DNA of 64,000 nt, taken from Mytilus trossulus. Its lineage: Eukaryota. The DNA is taken from positions 4,464,001-4,528,000 of the forward strand of contig NC_086375.1 of assembly GCF_036588685.1 (NCBI RefSeq), given 5' to 3'. The position numbers and the translations under genes were made by a program. Below, in pieces: positions 1 to 13,171 of this stretch. Positions within the stretch are counted from its first letter, which is position 1, and every line of letters starts with the position of its first letter. Below the pieces are notes generated by a model that saw only the letters and a program-made list of their open reading frames with translations, was not told the DNA's origin and did no database searches.

Positions 1-109
1 TAAACCTATTTTAAACCAAAATGTACACACATATGTTCATAATAAAGTTCACATATTGAATATAAATTTTATTCATATTTCAAAGAAAATGATTTTTTTT
101 TCATTGCAG

Positions 110-3100
110 AATTTAAATGATAGATTTAGTGGTCACTTAGACAGACCTGAGATAGGAACTTTTCCTGATCAGATATTTTCCTGTCCTGTAAGGTGCTTGT
201 CTTGCCAGTAAGTATTTTAGAAAGAGAAAGATTAATAAAGGCCATGGGCATGTAACTTACTTTGTTAAGAGATGTTATTTCTAATGCAATGCGCACAAAG
301 ACTTGTCAGCTTGGATTGTTATAAGTCCAAATTTCAGAAGAAAAACAGATTCATTGCTTTTAAAATATCATTTATTTTTGTGAATTTTTTATTTTTAAGG
401 TTTTGAAAAAAAAAAATTATAATCCAGAAAAACCTTGTAGTTTGTTGATCATTTCTTGGTGTTGAAGTATGGACACTGAAAGCTGTAAATCCATTTGCCA
501 ATTACCGATTTGATTTTATTACTACACACTTTTTAAACAAATTACTTCCCTTTGTCAACCATAGACTGGATCCATACTGGACAAAATTGGCTTTTGCCAA
601 TGCAAAGCATGATGAATTGAAAGTGATATATCGGAGGTTTAACTAATTTCTCATGAAAAATAATTTCTGATGTCAAAAGTATTTAGTTAAACAACAAATT
701 GATGTTATTAAAAGATTTGAAAACCTTATAACTTACTCACATTTCGCACAGGTAGATTTGCTCTTTCTGCTAGCTCTCCATTGTAAATAAAAATTAATGT
801 CCCTCATAAGGGAGACAACTTTTTTAGGGATCTATAATTATAGGGTCAATAACGGGAATTGACAAATAGCCTATTGAGGATAGCAAAATTAAAACTAGAT
901 ATACTTTTTCAGAGAGAGCTGTATTAAATGTATGAACCATTGTGCTGAGAGTGATGGCCATGAAACAGAAAAGAGATGTACATACCAACACCAGTATCAG
1001 AACAAAGTCTTTTTATGCAAGGTAAAGACATACTTTCATTTTGTACATTGAAAGTTAAACAAATTACTTTTTATTAAATGCTTATTTATGTATTACTGAA
1101 AAATTATTACACCAGGGTTTTCGATATCACAAACTAGTCAAAACATTTACTAAATTTTATCATCGGTATAAAGACATCATTCGTAAATATAGCTCAACAT
1201 GCAGACTTTTTATACGTTCAGGTATTTCGCATCCAATTTTTTATGGAAATATTCTTTATAAAGCACAAAGGTGTCAGTATTCACCTCATAAACTTACAAA
1301 ACCTTTGAATAGACTTATTAAGAAGGGATATAATTACGATACTGTTGTCAAGTCATTAAAGATTGCATATTTTGGCGTTAATATTGAGTCACTGATAAGG
1401 TCTTTGCGTCGGAACTAAACACATTTATTCTAAAAACAGTTGTTGGCATGACACGGGTTATGTTCTTCTCATATATGTTATGATGGTATGATACTAAACC
1501 CCTTACGGGAAGGATTGTGCCTGATGTTCATATGATGACATCAATCATAATCTTTCAGTCAGTTTAATTGAAGTCTGGAGCTGGCATGTCAGTTAACTGC
1601 TAGTAGTCTGTTGTTATTTATGTATTATTGTCATTTTGTTTATTTTCTTTGGTTACATCTTCTGACATCAGACTCGGACTTCTCTTGAACTGAATTTTAA
1701 TGTGCATATTGTTATGCTTTTACTTTTCTACACTGGTTAGAGGTATAGGGGGAGGGTTGAGATCTCACAAACATGTTTAACCCCGCCGCATTTTTGCGCC
1801 TGTCCCAAGTCAGGAGCCTCTGGCCTTTGTTAGTCTTGTATTATTTAAATTTTAGTTTCTTGTGTACAATTTGGAAATTAGTATGGCGTTCATTATCACT
1901 GAACTAGTATATATTTGTTTAGGGGCCAGCTGAAGGACGCCTCCGGGTGCGGGAATTTCTCGCTACATTGAAGACCTGTTGGTGACCTTCTGCTGTTGTG
2001 TTTTTTTTATTTTGGTCGGGTTGTTGTCTCTTTGACACATTCCCCATTTCCATTCTCAATTTTATTATGCTTGACGAGCAGGAGCTGCTAATCTTTCCAG
2101 ATCAACTGAGAACTGCTCAGTATTTAGTTTTTTGTGTTGCGGCTTTTAAACAGATGTTACTTTTTTTTTCTATTTTCATTTTTTTATAATTAGAACTTCA
2201 ATTTATTATTTGCCTCTAAATTTCATGTCAAAATAATGGTTAATGTGTGATAAAGTTAAGTTTAACTGAGCATTTGCAAGAATGTATGTTAATGGCATTT
2301 ACACATCTATGGTTTATGTTGTAAAACAAGAATATCAAAACTACAGTATTGTTTTAAGACACATCCTGATCATTAACTTCTCTTTCTAAGTGCATTTACT
2401 CCACTTATACATGTTATATGTGATGTGATCAATGTCCCTAAATACTCAATTAACGGTTTATTGTTGCTTTTCTTGTTTCTGCAAAAAGAATAAGCTAACC
2501 ACATGACTTTTGACTGTTTTAGACCTGTTTATTGGCTGGTAAACATAATGTTGTAGTACCTAAGACATCAGAATCAACAGATAATGTCTGGATGGGACTG
2601 GCTAAATATGTATGGACGGGGTGAGTAAATATTGAAATACATATAACGATATTTGTAAAAAGAATAATTTCAAATGTGAATGGTTTTAAAAAAAGACTTT
2701 CTAATGTTTGACCTCAAAACCAACTTTTATAAGATAGTAAAAAAAACAAAAAAGATGGTGACAGTGTCTGCATAGTTACATTAATTCACCATTTCCGAAT
2801 CTAATGCATTCTGGGTAATATTTTCAAAAGTGTACACCAAAGCGTGGTGATTCGTTTAAAAGGTCCTTAACAATCGAAATTCAACCAATGACGTGACATT
2901 ATTTTCATTTCGGGTACGAACAATGAAATTACCCATAGTACTTTAGATTCTGAAATGGCCAATTATTATTATTATAAGGAAAATAATAGATAAAACTTTA
3001 TTAAATGACATGTGTTTTTGTTTTTAGAGAAGTTTTAGAGTGCCCCAAGTGTGGAGTTATCTACAGGAGTAGAGAACGTTGGTATGGTAACAAGAATATG

Positions 3101-6100
3101 GAGGACATTGTTTCTGTAGAAGTCAGACATGTCTGGCCTGATGTGAGTATCTTACATAAAGTGGGAAAATCTTGTAAGGTGTTTATGTTCCTGAATATTT
3201 TCAAAAAGTAAAATTTCTCTTCACATAAATTTGATATTTGTGGAAGTTTATAACTAAGGACAAAATTTGTCAGAAAAAATTAAACCTGCTAAAATAAACC
3301 GCTATACAGTTAGAAATCGTTTGTTTTAAACTAATTTTTACAATATTTAGGAAAATTAGAAATGAAAGTTGAATAGAAAACTTTGTTACTAATTTTTCTA
3401 CATTGTAGCTTCTATTGACCTTTTTACTTTATTTGGTGGCGAAAACAACATCTCAATGCAAAATTGTAGAAACTAAAAAGAATTAAACCATCCGTGTCAA
3501 CAATTTTTTTACAAAAACAAAACTCAGTTATATTTTTTCTTATATTCCAGGGTTACAAAAATCTACAGGGAACCAGTAATGCTGCCAGAAAAGTTATTGA
3601 TAGCATGCAATACATTGCTGATTCAGTTACCAGTGTCAGTCAGAAACCAACTAAAATGATTTCTGATTGGATGACAGACCAGATAGCTCCTGACTACTGG
3701 GTTCCTAATTCACAGATAACAGTAAGTACTGACATTTTACTATTGAGTTTGGTCAACTGTGTTGTGTTGTCAATACGATATTTTATTTAAATACAAATTA
3801 AGTTTATAAGTATATTTTATTATTTTTCTGTGAACCCCTGCATCCGCACACGATCCACCTTAGCTGTCCTGCGTTGTAGTTACAACCGTCAGCCTCATGT
3901 CTACCGACCAGTTCCATTCTACCACCAACCTCACTGAAGAAACCGCCCATACCTCGAAGAAAAGAAAAACCTGCGACGAAGATATGGAGGATAATACAAC
4001 CGCACCCGCTCCTACTACGATAACCATCCAAGAGAAAAACTTAGCCCACTTTAGAACCTTACGGAAATTGAACATTAAATTCATCCGCAGGTAGAACCAC
4101 CTACAATACCTCGAACACATCTACCAAGATTTACAATTCCCAGAATTGCGGCGATCATACACTTCACCTTTTACTAATTCAATGGAAGCAGTACCTCCCT
4201 CGGAGGGAAGCCAGTTGAATTGGTACGGGATGGCCAATGGGGTGTTGTCCAATTTGGAAATGAACTGACATTTTATGAGCCACTTCCATCATTTCTACAA
4301 TATTACCAATAGAAACTTAACTTTTATTCTTGCTACATTATAAACACTATTTTACATTTTCACTTTCACTTTTATTCTTTCACGTCATGATTAATACAAC
4401 GGCATTATATACACTTTATGAACATGTAAACTCTGTTATATTGTCCTGATGACGCCGCATTAGCGGCGAAACATGTCGACTCAATAAAACTATCACCTTG
4501 CGGTAACCTAGATGTTGTTGTCTCTACATATTATATTTCCATGAGGTTTTAAGACAACCGCAGCATACTTCGGTATCCATCTTGGTTACTCTACCAGCTT
4601 TTCCGTTAGAAGGTGTTGGTTCACTCGTCACATATTATAAGTATATTGGTAAAAAGTGTCATGTCTTTTCTTTTTGAGATTAACCCAAGAATCTTAATAG
4701 AACTGTGATAGACCAGACATCCTCTGATTTTATATGAAAACCTCCTTTATGCAAGTAGAGTAATTTTTCATTCATATAGAACAAATCAAACTTTCATTAA
4801 ATATAATTTTTAGACTGATTACGAGTGTGTGATTACGGATTGTTAATGACAAAAGATATTCTTTTATTTTTCAGAATTGTAAAAAATGTCAGAAGGAACT
4901 TGATAATGAACAGAAGCATCACTGCCGTGCATGTGGTGAAGGATTTTGTGATGACTGCTCATCAAAGAAACGACTAATACCAGAGAGAGGCTGGAATTTC
5001 CTTGTTCGTGTATGTGATGATTGTTACAGTTTAGAAAACTCAACAGGTGAGTAATAATCCTCCCTTTTAAATTAACAGAATGTTATCAGTTTTGCATTAT
5101 TTTCATTATTTTTTATGGAACACCGTTTTTTTTCTGGATTTTGTGGGTGAACTAGTTTTTATGTTTAAAGATGTACAACTTATATAAAGGATCGTATGCA
5201 AACCTTTTTAAGAACACAATTTTTCGATATCCATGAAAAACTGGTATCAACTCAATGTTATGAATCTATGTTAATATAACATCAACTGAAAACAGATATT
5301 AAATTTTTAACAAATTAGAATGTGATTTGGTGTTTGAATAATTGTGATTTTAAATGCAGTAAGAAATGAAATTAATTTTAATGACATCATTTTCCAGAAA
5401 TCCCTGGTGGAAGGGAGCCACAAGTTACTGCCAGAAAAGTTGGTGAGGTGCTGTCATCTGCTATCAGTGTTGTTGGTTCTACTGTAATCTATCCAGTAGG
5501 TAAGTTGGTGAGGTGCTGTCGTCTGCTATCAGTGTTGTTGGTTCTACTGTAATCTATCCAGTGGGTAAGTTGATGAGGTGCTGTCATCTGCCATCAGTGT
5601 TATTGATTCTACTGTAACCTATCCAGTGGGTAAGTTGGTGAGATGCTGTCATCTGCTATCAGTGTTTTTGGTTTGACTGTAACCTATCCAGTGGGTAAGT
5701 TGGTGAGGTGCTGTCGTCTGCCATCAGTGTTATTGATTCTACTGTAACCTATCCAGTTGGTAAGGTGCTGTCGTCTGCTATCAGTGTTGTTGGTTCTACT
5801 GTAACCTATCCAGTGGGTAAGTTGATAAGGTGCTGTCGTCTGCTATCAGTGTTGTTGGTTCGACTGTAACCTATCCAGTTGGTAAATTGATGAGGGGATG
5901 TCATCTGCCATCATTAGTGTTGTTGTTCTACTGTAACCAATCCATTGGATAAGATCACTGTTATCAGGTCTGGAGAAAAATCTATGATAGGGTTTCCTTA
6001 CATTTGATTCTGGTATAACCTTCAAGTGTTCTTAAGACTATATTTAGACAGCCAAAAATGTACAGTTTCTGAGTGTATTCATTTAGAAACTTTAGCAATT

Positions 6101-6576
6101 GTTGGATAAAATGTTAAAATTCAAGTTTTCATTTTTGAGACACCTATCTTCGTCTTGTCTCAAATTTGTGTACAATAATAAAAACATCACAATTGTATAT
6201 CTTAAAAAAACAACCTATCACCAAAACCAATATTTTCTTGTCTACAATATGAATTCAAAGCTGTAGTTTAACAGCTATCTGTTTTCCCTCTATTCTTTTA
6301 TTCACATATTGTAAAATGATGAAGAGTATGTTTTTCATTGCAGGTATGTTAAAGGATTCAGCTAGACCAACCTACTGGACTCCAGATGAACATATTACTA
6401 AATGCTGTGTTTGTGAAACACCATTTGGACCTAAATTGAAAATACACCATTGTCGAGCTTGTGGAGAGGGTGTGTGCCATGATTGCTCACCAGACAAACG
6501 TCCTGTTCCTCTCAGAGGATGGGATTATCCTGTCAGAGTGTGTCAGAAATGCTTTCAGAAGAAAGATAAAGTGTAA
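110..6576 (+). CDS. ZFYVE1: Zinc finger FYVE domain-containing protein 1 (DFCP1), 3' part; 5' exons lie upstream of the window
   Basis: Phase-consistent GT-AG exons 110-207, 913-1021, 2523-2620, 3028-3142, 3551-3721, 4875-5046, 5398-5499 and 6344-6576 (TAA). The translation includes FPDQIFSCPVRCLSC, VVPKTSESTDNVWMGLAKYVWTG, CPKCGVIYRSRERWYGN and WMTDQIAPDYWVPNSQI, plus two C-terminal FYVE fingers (KHHCRACGEGFCDDCS; IHHCRACGEGVCHDCS...VRVCQKC). This is the DFCP1 architecture. Confidence 0.95.
1084..2066 (+). mobile_element. 5'-truncated retroelement (Penelope-like RT C-terminus plus 3' UTR) in a ZFYVE1 intron
   Basis: Stop-free frame 1086-1418 without an ATG (LCITEKLLHQGFRYHKLVKTFTKFYHRYKDIIRKY...LIKKGYNY...RRN*), resembling the PLE RT thumb motif KLLxQG[FY]xxxKL. 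Candidate TSD ATGCTT at 1078-1083 and 2067-2072. Its 3' end is repeated elsewhere in the window. Confidence 0.7.
2783..2964. mobile_element. MITE; a related copy in opposite orientation lies at about 29040-29227
   Basis: Imperfect TIRs AATTCACCATTTCCGAATCTAA / TTAGATTCTGAAATGGCCAATT. Internal sequence (GGGTAATATTTTCAAAAGTGTACACC) recurs reverse-complemented near 29170-29200. Confidence 0.55.
3817..4634 (+). mobile_element. Internally deleted Penelope-like / retrozyme-like insertion in a ZFYVE1 intron
   Basis: GC-richer island flanked by a 13-bp direct repeat TTATAAGTATATT (3804-3816, 4635-4647). It contains a short ORF (3897-4094), a decayed RREAS*IG motif resembling the GIY-YIG C-terminal RExxWI, a hammerhead core and AATAAA. 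Confidence 0.75.
4438..4486 (+). ncRNA. Minimal type I hammerhead ribozyme
   Basis: Stem I TATTGTC / GAC(TC)AATA; core CTGATGA 4446-4452; one extra C; stem II GCCGC-ATTA-GCGGC; GAAA 4468-4471; palindromic ACATGT in place of stem III; predicted cleavage after GUC at 4477. Confidence 0.85.
5437..5953 (+). repeat. 65-bp minisatellite (about 8 copies) made of the exon 3' end plus the 5' splice site of ZFYVE1
   Basis: Unit AAGTTGGTGAGGTGCTGTCATCTGCTATCAGTGTTGTTGGTTCTACTGTAATCTATCCAGTAGGT starts at 5437, 5502, 5567, 5632, 5697, 5762 (shortened), 5819 and 5884. Confidence 0.95.
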
Positions 6577-9500
6577 CCATGTGATAACTTGATGGCCATC
6601 TGACAACTTTTTGGCCATGTGACATCTTAACATTCATGTGACATCTTCACAGCCAGATGACTTCATCATTCCTTATGGAATGTGTGTCTTTAGTGAGACC
6701 ATCTTTGTAAATAGGCCAGTTTCGGGAAATGATTATGTTATTGAAAGGCATTTAATGTTGTACAGGCTATTATATATATTAGATTTTCTGTACTATATTT
6801 AAGTAAATTCTATTAAATTGAAAGCCTTAAGTACATATGATTCATTTTTATAAGTCAGGTGAAGGTTATCACAGATTAAATTGAATTATTCAGTTCATTG
6901 TTTCAAGAATTGGGTTTTGGTGAAAATTACTGTGCTTCTAGATTCAATCAAATATAGAAAGTAGTTTTAAAGAATTAGATATGTTTGAATTGCTAAAACC
7001 AGTTTCCAGGCTTCCATTGCAATATGTTGGTTAAAAGTAATTGTTTGTTAGATATTTTTGTATGATTGCTGTCTGATTAAAATACAGAATCTGTGTCGAA
7101 AGGTTGATTATGTAATCTGATGATAACTCGCCATTCTCTAGTTTAGCTGAATAACGCGCGTAGCAGGATATTTAACAATGTGCACCACCTTTTTTTTGTT
7201 ATTTCTAATAGACAGAAAAAATATTGCAGTCATTTCTTATAATTTAATTCTAAATTCCATTTTAAACTGTAGAAAAAGATTTTTAAAAAAGTTGATGACA
7301 TTACAGTCACATGACTAAATTATGTCTATGGGCTGATAACAAAATAACATCAGCCAATCACAAGATGCAATACATCCAAAATTAAATTATTACAGAAATG
7401 TTTTTTTAAGTGATTCTTTTCATATGGATGTAAACAATAATATTATGTTATATTATGTTTTAACTTTTATGCAAATACTTATACTTTTTAGTTTTAATTC
7501 AATTAAATACTATCAAAATAATTTTAAGAGAAGATAACTCAGATAATTTAATATTAATATGGATTGTTTAAAGTGTGAGTGTAAATACTTTGATAGATAG
7601 TGAAAGAATAAATATCCGGTTAGCCCTTTTTCGCATTTTCGAAGAGAATTTAATACAGATTGTCTTCTTGTATTTTATTGTAATATTTTTATATTCTTCC
7701 TAGTCACACAAATTTTAATCTTAATGAACAAAGCAAAACATGTGTGCACAGCTTGTATTTTGAGTATAAGGTCATTGACATATGCGCTTTATTATTTTTT
7801 TTCAGAAATGGAATATTTATATACAAGATAATACAAAATGTGTACAAAAATATTCTATAATAATTGATTTATTGTAGAAAATAAATACTTGTTTATGGCA
7901 GGTAGCCAGAATAAACTTGGCAGGTTGTCAAAAACAAAAATCTGCTATTTATATTATGTTAATGTCACATCTGGTAAAGGCAGTTCATTTTTAGGGCAGT
8001 TTAAGCATAATTTATTGTGAAATGCCAAATTTGGGTTTATGCACTTGTTTGAATTTATATTCATATAAGGGATGTCTTGAAAATGGTTATAGGATGTTTT
8101 TTATACTGCAACTAGTTGTGTTTATTTCCTAAATATAGTAACACAGCTATATTTTGAATAATGTCAATTTTATCATGGAACACGGTCTCCACAGTCGGGT
8201 TCATTAAGGGATGAAAATAAGTTTGATATTTGTTTAACTATTTAAAAAGCTATCAATTTAATAATTTAAGTTGCAATATAAAAACAATAGAGGGTCCTTC
8301 CCCAGTTTCTCAGCCTCATACAAAACAGTTTATATTTTTCTGACATTGACCTAATATTATATATATAATGTTAATGTGTAAATGTACAGGTATTTTTTTT
8401 TAAGTTTAATCAAAACTTTAGATATGTAGGTACAATCGTGTAATATATGCTTAGAATATGCCATTTTAATCAGAACAAATGGTGATAAGTTGTTTTGTTG
8501 ATTTTTCCTTTCAAGTAAAGTGCAAGAAATTGTTAATAATTTTACTTGGTTGTAGTCTTGCATTTGGTTTACAGAATAGAGAATACTAGACAAAGAGAAC
8601 AGAAAAATTGGGAAAATAAGGCCGAAATAATATAAAGAAACGAGAAAATTTGGTGCTTAAATGTTAATTCAATAGAATAAAGAAAAAAATAAGTAAACAG
8701 AAAAGGGGCCTGAAAAATAAAACACTATAGAAATAAGGGAAACATCGTACAAACCCACATGCATTTGTGACAACTTTCTAGTAAAGAAAAACTTATTCTG
8801 TAGCTTTTCAATAGTATAAGTTTAAGATGTGAAACCAGTAATTTGCATAACAGGGATAGATATACCTAGGTTTGTATCAACCATTAAGCTTCAAGTTCTG
8901 ATTAACACAATTCTTTTACATAAATGGGTAAAAGACATCCTCGAAACTGCATATAACAGATACGTTACAGATTTGAAAATAGTTATCTCCCTTATCAAAG
9001 TTTGTTCCCTGTATTTCGTTCTCATAAAAGCAATACAAAATAAATCAACAGATTCACAATTAATGTTTTTATTAACTTGAAATGAGCAAGGGAGATATAA
9101 TTTCAAAAATTACTGATTGCTGGAAGGAATTCAAGTTAAAAGAGGTGTATATAAACATAATGAAACAGGTACTTGAAAGCTTGGTCTAAGTTCAATTACT
9201 ATTATATTTATAATTTTCTTGTGGTTATCAGGTTTCTTAAGGAAATCTTGAAATAGAGTGCAATATATGTATATGTATAGGATTTTTTAAGGAATTATTA
9301 TTATATACCTGAATTTTAAAAGCTTTTTCAATTATATGTCTGTGTGGGGATTAAGTGTTGAAAAGATGTTTTTGTAAGACCCCAACCATATAATTTAAAA
9401 CCAAAATGTTACTGCATTATTGTGTGAAAAGTTGTTTTTTAACCATACTACCCCTATGTTATTAACATTTGAAGCCTTCCAACCCCACACAAAACATTTT

Positions 9501-10559
9501 GGAATAGTCCTTAGGTTGAACCTGATGGGATCTGTTTTCATTTAAGATTGAAAAAGTACAGGATTTGGTTAAACATTTTTAGTGTAATTGGAGAATCTTT
9601 ATATTACAAGACATTGCTGTATGCTAAATTTAAGATTATAGTCCGAGTTGAAACAAGACTAGAAGCAATAAGGGCACTTTTTCACCTCATTTTGTTTTCA
9701 CCCAGCTTCAGTTATTTTAGGTATGATCTCTTAATTTCTTAATCACAAATATTTAGCTATATTTATCAAATTCGACCATTTATCAGCAAAAATGAAATAG
9801 TTCCATTCTCAAAATGAAATGTCTCAGTAAAATTACATACTTAAAAGACAGTTAAATACTTTTAAAACTTTTAACAAAAAATACATCTTGTAATATTTTA
9901 CATTTTTCTGCCAACTATTTAAAAGACTCATGAAGCCGGAAACCTTAAGGATAACTCAATCAGTATAAAACCTAATAACAATATTTTTATGTGATACTAG
10001 CTTTTTGTTTTTTTTTATTGTTGATTTATTTACATGAACTTTGAACTTTGTTGATTTTTAAATTAAAAATATAAATTGATTTTGCTGTTATTTTATATTT
10101 TAAATCCTTTATCTGGTGTTGTCTGCTCTATGTTCGGGTTGTTGTCTCTTTGAAACATTCCCCATTTCAATTCTAAATTTAATTCCAATCAATTCGCCTT
10201 TTATGATGAGAATGGGAGATGTGCTCTGTGCAATCTTGAAGTTGAATTACATAAAACTTCCTTTTACCCATAGATATCAGAAGATATGGTATGAGTGCCA
10301 ATGAGACAACTCTCCATCCAAGTCACAATTTGTAAAAATAAACCATTATACCCGGTAGGTCAAAGTATGGTATTCAACAATTATAATGTATATACCGGTA
10401 AAACATGAGTTAATTTTCTTAAGTCATCTGAACTTGGTATGATGGTATCCATAAGTCATGGAGATAGTCTGTGTTTTGTTAGTGAATACATTGAAGAACA
10501 TATGGAATGTTACTCTTTTATACAGATTGTGTTTAGTAAACTACTAATTGGATATTTTT

Positions 10560-10993
10560 ATTACCGGTATGCCCCACCTATGATAGAAGAGGAGCATTAT
10601 GTTTTCTGGTCTGTGCGTCCGTCCGTTCGTCTGTCTCCTGCTTCAGGTTTAGTTTTTGATGAAGCTGATGTTCAATCAACTTGAAACTTAGTACACATGT
10701 TACTTGTGATATGATCTTTCTAATTTTAAGCCAAATTAGACTTTTGATCCCAATTTCACAGTCCACTGAACACAGAAAATGAAAGTGCGAGTTTCAGGTT
10801 AAAGTTTTTTGGTCGAGGTAGTTTTTGATGAAGTTGAGGTCCAATCAACTTGACACTTAGAACACATGTTACCTTTGGTATGATCTTTTTAATTTTAATG
10901 GCAAATTAGATTTTTTATCCAATTTCAGTCCATTAAACATGGAAAATGAAAGGGTGAATGAGATATCCATGTACTTTGGACACATTCTTGTTT
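10560..10993 (-). mobile_element. Pearl/Helentron-like non-autonomous element; family members at 58799-59100 (+) and partially at about 52443-52540
   Basis: Reverse complement begins AACAAGAATGTGTCC, as at 58799 and 52443. It has an internal duplicated segment, (GACR)n-type microsatellite and a terminal GC hairpin, typical of bivalve HINE/pearl elements. Confidence 0.6.
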
Positions 10994-13171
10994 TACATGG
11001 TTAAGAAGGTCAACATGCAATTATATACTTTGCAATGTTATTATTGCCAAGTATCCAACATTTAGGAGTAAGAGTTAAGATTGATCAGCTAGGTATCAGA
11101 ATCATTTATGTGGAGGGTACCATACTTCCTGCATACTGAAATGTGCACGTTTACATTGCAACGCAGTGTGTCTAGTATAAAGCAGGGATCAAATTCATTT
11201 CACTTTTAACATGTTTTTGTCATGATTAAGCATTTAGTTTGCCACTGGACATTAAAGCAGGCATCTATCTTCGTCTCAATCTTCATGGAAAAAACAGGAT
11301 TATGCATTTAGTAGGTATCTGAGTCTGTTTGTCTCGCTGTGTTGAAGACTAATTGGCCGCCTTTACCTGTAATCTGATCATTGGTTGGGATCTTGTCTCT
11401 TTGACACATTCCCCATTTCAGTTCTCAATTTTATCAGATAAGCATAAGTATTCTAAGGATTTCTTTTTCAAAAGGGGTACCACAAATTAACCTCTCAAAA
11501 GCAAAATAAAAGTTCAATGGCAGATATGCAGAAATCAAGCATCAGTGAAATCATGGATTTTTTTCCTCAATACACATCAGTTAATATAAATCAACAATGT
11601 TTAAAAATATTTATTGTTTCTTTATAGATATGCTTAGATATATGCTTAACAAATTTCTAATATTCATTCATTCATAACATATAATAAGCTCTCTAATACA
11701 TGAAACAGAATTAAAAGCCTAATTTGTCAGGGGCATATTCCTCACATTTTTATACACACCTGTGACTCATTTCACTAAAAATCTTACAATTAAAATTGAT
11801 TGCAAGTTTTACTGAAATTGTATGACTTACGAGTAATCTTAAGAACTGCTGGTTTTCATTTATTTGAGTTAGAGTGTTTCTGATGTAGTAAATCTAGAGA
11901 TGCCTTCAGATTTACAAAATGTTATTTTCATTCGTAACAATAGACACATCATAAACTATTAAAGCTTAAGTCAAATCACTACAGAATGAAAATGAGTTCG
12001 AGGGGTGACAGAGACATACAAAATATTTGAGGTGGACAGACAGAAGTCTGAAATTATATGGAATGTGAATTCAATGCCTTATGTAAATAAGTCGTACTGA
12101 CATATACTCCTTTACATAGAAAATTTAACTCTGACCTGATCACTGGAACAAATAAAAGAGGAAAGTGTCAGGTGATCAACAGCCTTAACAAAATTTGATA
12201 AATTAGGGATACAGTGCAAATGTATAAATTTACAATTATCAACAGTGGTAATACATTAATGCATAAAATGGGATGGTTACTGTGGACCCAGGTCTTGATT
12301 AATTAAACTTGACTAAGTAAGTCAAGAGAAAATATACTTGTATGCTTATATTTGAGATAAATAAATGAAAATATGTTTGAAGACCTGTTGGTGACCTTCT
12401 GCTGTTGTTTTTTCTATGGTCGGGTTGTTGTCTTTTTGATACATTCCCCATTTCAATTCTCAATTTTATTATGCATATATGACAATACATTAAATTATAT
12501 ATGGATTCTTGTAATCATGTATTCAATGGGACTTTCTTTCTCTCTCACTTCCATTATTCAAATCTATTATCATTTAGACTTTCTTTCTCTCACTTTCACT
12601 ATAACTGTCAGACATTTACTCAATGGGACTTTCTTTTTCTCTCTTACTTTCATTAAATATATAAACATCCATCAAAACAAAAGTAAACACATGCAAACAA
12701 ACAAATCACAGATATCCATTACAGAATTACACATTCTGAATATACACAAACTCACATACAAAAACTGAAGTTAAAAAACATAAACAAAAAAGTATGCATC
12801 ATAGAAGTGAAAATTCTGAAATTATTGCAATGTTTTTATTAATGCAAAAACTGTGACATTATCAGGTTATCATTAAAAAACTTCAATAAATATTTGCAAT
12901 CAAATTATTTATTTAGATATTACTTTCTGCCAGTGGTCAAGGATTTGCAATAATAAATGCAAGCATTAATTTCTGAACTTACAGTTATCAAATCATTTTA
13001 AAGAATATCACATGATATTAAAATTTCCCAGTTAAATACATTTTTAGTACAATGTGGACCTGTTCATATTTTATCTGATTTCATATCCAGACTTTTTATA
13101 CAATCTCAGTCTACTGGATGTTTACTGGGAGGTTCATCATAAACATCAGTCTAGTTGTTATGGTTCTGTGA

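Noticed and set aside
1998-2189. Recurrent small ORFs containing GCCLFDTFPISILN (1998, 10116; overlapping frames at 12299 and 12373)
   Set aside because: They are translations of the shared retroelement 3' tail.
11870-11912. Second hammerhead-like sequence CTGATGTAGTAAATCTAGAGATGCCTTC
   Set aside because: Both core boxes are mutated (CTGATGT, GAGA) and the stems are weak; at most a dead relic.
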